Part shown: piece after piece, positions 58,655-64,000 of the stretch
Layout: every line of letters begins with the position of its first letter
How positions within the stretch are numbered: the stretch's first letter is position 1
Assembly (NCBI GenBank): GCA_965261395.1
Contig: OZ253462.1
Location: 4,320,001 to 4,384,000 of the forward strand
From: Candidatus Latescibacterota bacterium
GTDB lineage: Bacteria; Latescibacterota; UBA2968; UBA8231
Direction of reading: 5' to 3'
DNA: 64,000 nucleotides
The notes under the pieces: generated by a model
The model's database searches: none
What the model was told of the DNA's origin: nothing
The model's input: only the letters and a program-made list of their open reading frames with translations
Translations under genes and position numbers: made by a program

Positions 58655-58938
58655 TTGGGGATCCAACTGAAATCTCCTGAAACCGCGCCGCAAGGCCGAG
58701 CGCATCGAGGCGACAAGATAAAAAGTTGAGAAATTAACCGATTCCCAGCCAGCGTCAAGAAAGCAGTGCAGATTGACACTGGCTGTCTTTTCTTATAAAT
58801 TTCGACTCTCAGCCTTGGTTGTAAAAAAATTCCCCATCCATATTTTTGCGCTATATCTTAGTTTGTAGCCCACTTCTTCATAGGAATGGGCGCGAAACTC
58901 GACACACCCGAATCACTTTTTTAGGTAGGGCCGATGGT

Positions 58939-59970
58939 ATGTCAACTAAAGCCAAGTCTGGACGCTGGTTCCGCGCGCTCTTACTCGGCGCGGCTATAGG
59001 GCTGGTGGGGGGGGCGTTGCCGCTTGGGGCGTTGTGGTATTTGAACCAACCCACCTACGAATACCCAGCACGCCAGATCCACATCCCGCAGGGTGCGAGC
59101 GCCCGCTGGATCGGCCAGTTGCTAGAGCGGGAAAACCTAATCCACAACGCGCATGTCTTTACCTGGACCGTCCAGTTCAAGGGCCTCGGTCATCAGCTCA
59201 AGGCGGGGACCTATCAGCTCGACGGCACTGGCACGACAGCCGTCATTGCCCAATCCCTGCTCAAGGCCCCCATCCAGACCCAGCCCGCGACGATCCCCGA
59301 AGGCCTGAACCGCCACCAGATCGCGGGCCAGCTACAGGCCGCAGGCGTGGCGGACTCGGCCCGCTTTGTCGCCGTCACCGAAGATCCGCGTCTCATCCGC
59401 CAACTCGGCGTGGCCGCGCCCACTCTCGAAGGCTACCTCTTCCCCGAGACGTACTTCTTTGACCCAGACGCCGATGAACGCGCCATCGCCTCCCTCATGG
59501 TCAACCAGTTCCACCGCGTATTCACCGACTCCCTGCGCCAACAGCTCGAGATGCGAGGTCTTTCGCTGCACCAAGCGGTGACGCTGGCCTCGATCGTCGA
59601 GCGCGAAGCGGTGGCCGTCGAGGAGCAGCCCATTATCTCCGGCGTCTTCCAGCGCCGCCTCAAGCTCAATCGCCGCCTCGAATCCTGCGCGACCATCAAC
59701 TACGCCCTCGGCACGAACAATAAGCGGCTGACCTACGCCGATTTGGAAGTGGATTCGCCCTTTAACACCTATCGCCACCACGGCCTGCCCCCCGGCCCCA
59801 TCAGCAATCCCGGCCGCACAGCCCTGCTCGCCGTGCTCTATCCCTCGGAAACCGAGTATCTCTACTTCGTCTCCCGCGGCGACGGCACCCACATCTTCAG
59901 CCGCACCAACAAGGAACACGAGCGCGCCAAGCGCCAGATCAAGCTAGCCCAGCGCATGCAGACGAACTGA
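58939..59970 (+). CDS. mltG: Endolytic transglycosylase MltG
   Basis: TIPEG, LEGYLFPETY, LASIVERE, SPFNTY..GLPPGPI. Confidence 0.95.
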   Translation: MSTKAKSGRWFRALLLGAAIGLVGGALPLGALWYLNQPTYEYPARQIHIPQGASARWIGQLLERENLIHNAHVFTWTVQFKGLGHQLKAGTYQLDGTGTTAVIAQSLLKAPIQTQPATIPEGLNRHQIAGQLQAAGVADSARFVAVTEDPRLIRQLGVAAPTLEGYLFPETYFFDPDADERAIASLMVNQFHRVFTDSLRQQLEMRGLSLHQAVTLASIVEREAVAVEEQPIISGVFQRRLKLNRRLESCATINYALGTNNKRLTYADLEVDSPFNTYRHHGLPPGPISNPGRTALLAVLYPSETEYLYFVSRGDGTHIFSRTNKEHERAKRQIKLAQRMQTN

Positions 59971-59972
59971 GG

Positions 59973-62189
59973 ATGTCCATACTAGACGCCCTTAATCCAG
60001 AGCAACGCCGCGCCGCCGAGGCCGAAGGCGGCCCGCTATTGATCCTCGCCGGGGCCGGCTCGGGCAAGACCCGCGTACTCACCCATCGCATCGCTTTCCT
60101 CATCGAAGAAGTCGGCGTGGCCCCGTGGCGCATCCTTGCCGCGACCTTCACTAACAAGGCTGCGGGCGAAATGCGCGAGCGCATTGAGCAGCTCGTTGGG
60201 CCGGCGGCGGCCGAGCTATGGATCGGCACCTTCCACTCGATCTGTGCGCGCATCCTGCGCCACCAAGCCGAGGGGTTCGGTTTAGATCCCAACTTCTCTA
60301 TCTACGACGAAGACGACCGCCGCGCCACCATCCGCCGCGTCCTCGACGCCCACCAGATCGACGAGCGCGAGCTCGCCCCGCGCGCGGTCGTCAGTCAGAT
60401 CAGCCGCGCTAAGAACGCCATGCTCGACCCATTGGAATTCGCGCGTCAAGGGGGTGAGAACCAGCGACAAATCGCCGAACTCTACGCCGACTACGAGCGC
60501 GAGTTGCACCGCAACCAAGCCCTTGATTTCGACGACTTGCTCATCGAGGTCGTGCGCCAGTTCGACCGCCACCTGGACATTCTGCAAACCTACCAAGAGC
60601 GCTTTGAGCACCTGCTCATCGATGAATACCAAGACACCAACCGGCCCCAGTACTTGCTCTGCCGTCAGCTAGCGGCTCGCCACCGCAATATCTGCGTGGT
60701 CGGGGACGACGACCAGTCGATCTACCAATTTCGCGGTGCCGACATCCGCAACATCCTCGACTTTGAGCGCGATTACCCAGACACCCGCAGCGTGCGGCTG
60801 GAGCAAAACTACCGCTCCACCGGCCGTATCCTCGCCGCAGCCAACGCCGTCATCAGCCACAACCAAGGCCGCAAGGGCAAAGAGCTGTGGACGAACGGCC
60901 CCGAAGGCGACCCGGTCGCGGTCGTCGAATGCGACTCGGATCGCCGCGAGGCCCGCCACGTGGTCGATGCCATCCGCCGCTACGACCGCTTGGGACGCTA
61001 CAGCCTCGGGGACGCCGCCGTGCTCTACCGCACCAACGCCCAGTCGCGGCCCTTTGAAGAGGAGCTACAGCGCGCTGGCCTCCCCTATATAATCGTTGGG
61101 GGCATCCGCTTTTACGACCGCCGAGAAATCCGCGACGTGCTGTCCTATATGCGCCTGTTGGTCAACCCGGCCGACGACATTGCCCTGCGCCGCATCGTCA
61201 ATATGCCCCGCCGCGGCATTGGCGATACCTCCCTCGACCGCTTGCAGGATTTCGCCCAAGCCAAGGGTTGGAGCCTCTCCACTGCGCTCAATCACCTCGA
61301 CGACGTACCCGGCCTCAACAGCCGCGCGCAAAAGAGTATAGCGGCTTTCGCCGCCCTGATCGGCGAGCTAATGGCCGCCACCGAAGCGCTCTCCTTGCCC
61401 GAGTTGGGCTTTGCCGTCGTCGAAAAGAGTGGGTACCGCGCAATGCTCGCGGCTGAAAATACCCCAGAGGCCGAGGCGCGCTTGCAGAATATCGACCAGT
61501 TACTAGCCGAGATGACCGAGTACGCCGACGCAAACCCAGACTCGACTTTAGCGACCTATCTGGAAGAAAAGTCGCTGCTGACCTCGGCGGATGAAAGCGA
61601 CGACGATGGCAACGCCATTACCTTGATGACCCTGCACAGCGCCAAGGGCCTAGAGTTCCCCTTGGTCTTTGTCTGCGGCCTCGAAGAAAACCTCTTTCCC
61701 ACGGCGCGGGCCATCGACGATCCCCAAGCCATCGAAGAGGAGCGCCGTCTCTGCTACGTGGGCATAACCCGGGCGCAAGAGCAACTCAGCCTCACCTATG
61801 CCCTGCGCCGCTATGCATACGGCTCGCTGCTCGCGACCGAACCCTCGCGGTTTTTGGGCGAAATCCCCGCCGAGTTGACGGCCCAAAGCTACGAGTTGGA
61901 CCGCGGTTTTGCTCGCTCGCGGCAACGCGTCGATCCGCCGCGCCGCAAAAAGGCTGCCCAAGCCCAAGGCGTCCACTACGAGTGGGACGCCGAGCAGTCG
62001 CCCGGCTTCGGCGAATTGGTCGCCCAAGACGACTTCCTCGCCGAGGGCCAGTGGGTACGCCACCCCCAATGGGGGCGCGGCCAGATCGTCAGCCGCGAAG
62101 GGCACGGCGAAAAGATGAAGCTCTCCATCCGCTTTCAGACGCAGACCAAACGCATCGCCGTCGCGTACGCCCAGCTCGAACCCGCCTGA
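59973..62189 (+). CDS. pcrA: ATP-dependent DNA helicase PcrA/UvrD
   Basis: AGAGSGKT, DEYQDTN, VGDDDQSIY, EQNYRS, HSAKGLEF, EERRL.YV..TRA. Confidence 0.95.
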   Translation: MSILDALNPEQRRAAEAEGGPLLILAGAGSGKTRVLTHRIAFLIEEVGVAPWRILAATFTNKAAGEMRERIEQLVGPAAAELWIGTFHSICARILRHQAEGFGLDPNFSIYDEDDRRATIRRVLDAHQIDERELAPRAVVSQISRAKNAMLDPLEFARQGGENQRQIAELYADYERELHRNQALDFDDLLIEVVRQFDRHLDILQTYQERFEHLLIDEYQDTNRPQYLLCRQLAARHRNICVVGDDDQSIYQFRGADIRNILDFERDYPDTRSVRLEQNYRSTGRILAAANAVISHNQGRKGKELWTNGPEGDPVAVVECDSDRREARHVVDAIRRYDRLGRYSLGDAAVLYRTNAQSRPFEEELQRAGLPYIIVGGIRFYDRREIRDVLSYMRLLVNPADDIALRRIVNMPRRGIGDTSLDRLQDFAQAKGWSLSTALNHLDDVPGLNSRAQKSIAAFAALIGELMAATEALSLPELGFAVVEKSGYRAMLAAENTPEAEARLQNIDQLLAEMTEYADANPDSTLATYLEEKSLLTSADESDDDGNAITLMTLHSAKGLEFPLVFVCGLEENLFPTARAIDDPQAIEEERRLCYVGITRAQEQLSLTYALRRYAYGSLLATEPSRFLGEIPAELTAQSYELDRGFARSRQRVDPPRRKKAAQAQGVHYEWDAEQSPGFGELVAQDDFLAEGQWVRHPQWGRGQIVSREGHGEKMKLSIRFQTQTKRIAVAYAQLEPA

Positions 62190-62258
62190 GCGGCCCATTG
62201 CCTCAGAGAAGGCCGATCTTTAGTTTTAATTGTTTATCTCGTTTCCCTTTACGGACTT

Positions 62259-63578
62259 ATGGGCACTCCAACATCTGAAAACACGCGCGTGGCGCTGCAA
62301 AACGTGGGTTGCAAGCTCAATGCCTACGAAGTAGAAGCCCTCGCCCACCGCCTGACCGAGCGCGGCTATGCAATCGTGCCCTTCGGCTCTGAGGCCGACG
62401 TGTACGTGGTCAATACCTGTACGGTCACCGGCGCGGGCGATGCGGACTCGCGCAAGGCCGTGCGCCGCGCCCGGCGGCGCAATCCAAGCGCGGAGATCGT
62501 CGCCACTGGCTGCTATGCCCAGCGACGGCCGGCGGACCTCGCAGCGGCCGGTGCCGATTTGGTCGTGGGTAACGGCCAGAAGGCCCAGCTCGTTGAGCTA
62601 CTCGAAGCGCATCTAGCGGGTGCCGAGACTCCCGTGCCTTCGGCAACGAGGCCACGCACCGAGCAATTTCTCGCCATTGACGGCGCGGTGCCCCAAGGCC
62701 GCACGCGCGGCAGCCTGCAAATCCAAGACGGCTGCGACGAACACTGCACCTATTGCATCATCCCGGCGGTGCGCGGGCACAGCGCGAGCCGCCCAGCCGC
62801 CGAAGTCGTCGCCCAAGCCCAGAGTATGGTCGCGGCCGGCTACCGCGAGCTGGCCCTGACCGGCGTCCACACGGGCCGCTACGGGTTTGACCAAGGCCAG
62901 TCCGAAGCTCTCGTCGAGCTGCTCGCCGCGCTGGAGCAAATCGACGGCTTGGCGCGCATTCGCCTCAACTCCATTGAGCCGGGTTACGTCACCGACGCGC
63001 TGATCGACCAAGCCGCGGCTTCCACAGCGGTCTGCCGCCACTTCCACGTGCCTTTGCAAAGCGGCGACGACCACATTCTCAAGCGCATGGGACGGCGCTA
63101 CACCCGCGCCTATTACGCCGAGCGGATCGAGCGGATCGCCAGCCGCATCCCCGATTGCGCCATTGGTGCCGACGTCATGGTCGGCTTTCCCGGGGAAACC
63201 GACGCGCATTTTGCCCAGACCCGCGCCTTGTTGGCCGACCTGCCGTTGACGTACCTCCACGTCTTTTCGTACTCCCTGCGCGAAGGCACCCCGGCCGAAC
63301 GCCTACCCGAACACCAAGAAGCCGCCGTCAAAAAGGAGCGCAGCCAAGCGCTCATCGCCCTCGGCGCAGCCAAGCGACTCGCCTTCCATCAGCGCTTTGT
63401 CGGCCGCTCGCTCCAAGTCCTTGCCGAAGGGCGTTCAGACCCAGCCACCGGCTTGCAAGTCGGCTTGAGCGATAACTACGTCAAGGCTCTCTTCGCCGGC
63501 CCGGCCCAGCCCAACGAATTCGTGGACGTGCAGATCGAGCAAGCCCGCGAAGAGCTAACTTTTGGAGCGCGCCGATGA
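62259..63578 (+). CDS. mtaB: tRNA t6A37 methylthiotransferase
   Basis: GCKLN.YE, NTCTVT, TGCYAQ, QDGCDEHCTYC, HVFSYS. Confidence 0.92.
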   Translation: MGTPTSENTRVALQNVGCKLNAYEVEALAHRLTERGYAIVPFGSEADVYVVNTCTVTGAGDADSRKAVRRARRRNPSAEIVATGCYAQRRPADLAAAGADLVVGNGQKAQLVELLEAHLAGAETPVPSATRPRTEQFLAIDGAVPQGRTRGSLQIQDGCDEHCTYCIIPAVRGHSASRPAAEVVAQAQSMVAAGYRELALTGVHTGRYGFDQGQSEALVELLAALEQIDGLARIRLNSIEPGYVTDALIDQAAASTAVCRHFHVPLQSGDDHILKRMGRRYTRAYYAERIERIASRIPDCAIGADVMVGFPGETDAHFAQTRALLADLPLTYLHVFSYSLREGTPAERLPEHQEAAVKKERSQALIALGAAKRLAFHQRFVGRSLQVLAEGRSDPATGLQVGLSDNYVKALFAGPAQPNEFVDVQIEQAREELTFGARR

Positions 63579-64000
63579 ACTTGCCTCTCCTCGAAGCGAC
63601 CGAATACCAGCCCGTGGCAACGCGCCCCGGTCCGGCGGGCCGCCGCGTGTACATCGAGACCTATGGCTGCCAGATGAACGTGGCCGACAGCGAGTTGGTG
63701 GCCAGCATCCTCGCCGACGCCGGGTTCCAGATTACAGAACAAGCCGACCGTGCCGACATCATCCTGCTCAACACCTGCGCGGTGCGCGAGCATGCTGAGG
63801 AGCGGGTCATCGGCCGCGTCAGCCAGCTCAACGGCCTCCGCGCTCACCGCCCCAACCTCACCTTGGGCATCCTCGGCTGCATGGCCCAGCACCTGAGCAA
63901 AACCCTGCCAGATCGCGCTCCTTTCGTCGATTTAGTCATGGGACCGGATTCCTACCGCCGCCTGCCCCAGCTCCTCGCCCAATCCAGCGACGACGCGCTT
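63575..64000 (+). CDS. miaB: tRNA i6A37 methylthiotransferase, truncated by the window edge
   Basis: ATGA overlap with mtaB; YIETYGCQMNVADSE, NTCAVREHAE, LGCMAQ. Confidence 0.92.
   Translation, partial: MNLPLLEATEYQPVATRPGPAGRRVYIETYGCQMNVADSELVASILADAGFQITEQADRADIILLNTCAVREHAEERVIGRVSQLNGLRAHRPNLTLGILGCMAQHLSKTLPDRAPFVDLVMGPDSYRRLPQLLAQSSDDAL

Overview
GC-rich bacterial chromosome segment. The gene content (short RpoD-type sigma, RNase Y, Wzi-like protein, FlgD-Ig C-terminal secreted protein) suggests an FCB-group organism such as Latescibacterota; this is inference, not a database result. Two zones. (1) 3.5-18.2 kb is an accessory region between msrAB and the 3' end of tRNA-Asn. A diverged duplicate of the msrAB 3' end brackets a 767-aa secreted protein and an IS605-type tnpB element. 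Next is a defence island with an M48 peptidase, hsdR, hsdS, a frameshifted hsdM, a PD-(D/E)xK-like ORF, a HEPN-like ORF and gene remnants. (2) 18.2-64 kb is mostly housekeeping (sigma factor, fadN, queD, dxr, rny, kamA-like, folE, sodA, nth, eno, ssb, ftsA, tRNA-Thr, mltG, pcrA, mtaB, miaB). It also holds the best candidate for a new system, a sigma54-driven phage-shock (PspA/ESCRT-III) operon. There pspA is followed by a membrane-anchored winged-helix protein, two duplicated PspB-like proteins, a soluble TPR histidine kinase and a PspF-like activator that has gained a receiver domain and lost the Trp used for PspA binding. No CRISPR array or rRNA was seen. Product calls come from motif recognition by eye.
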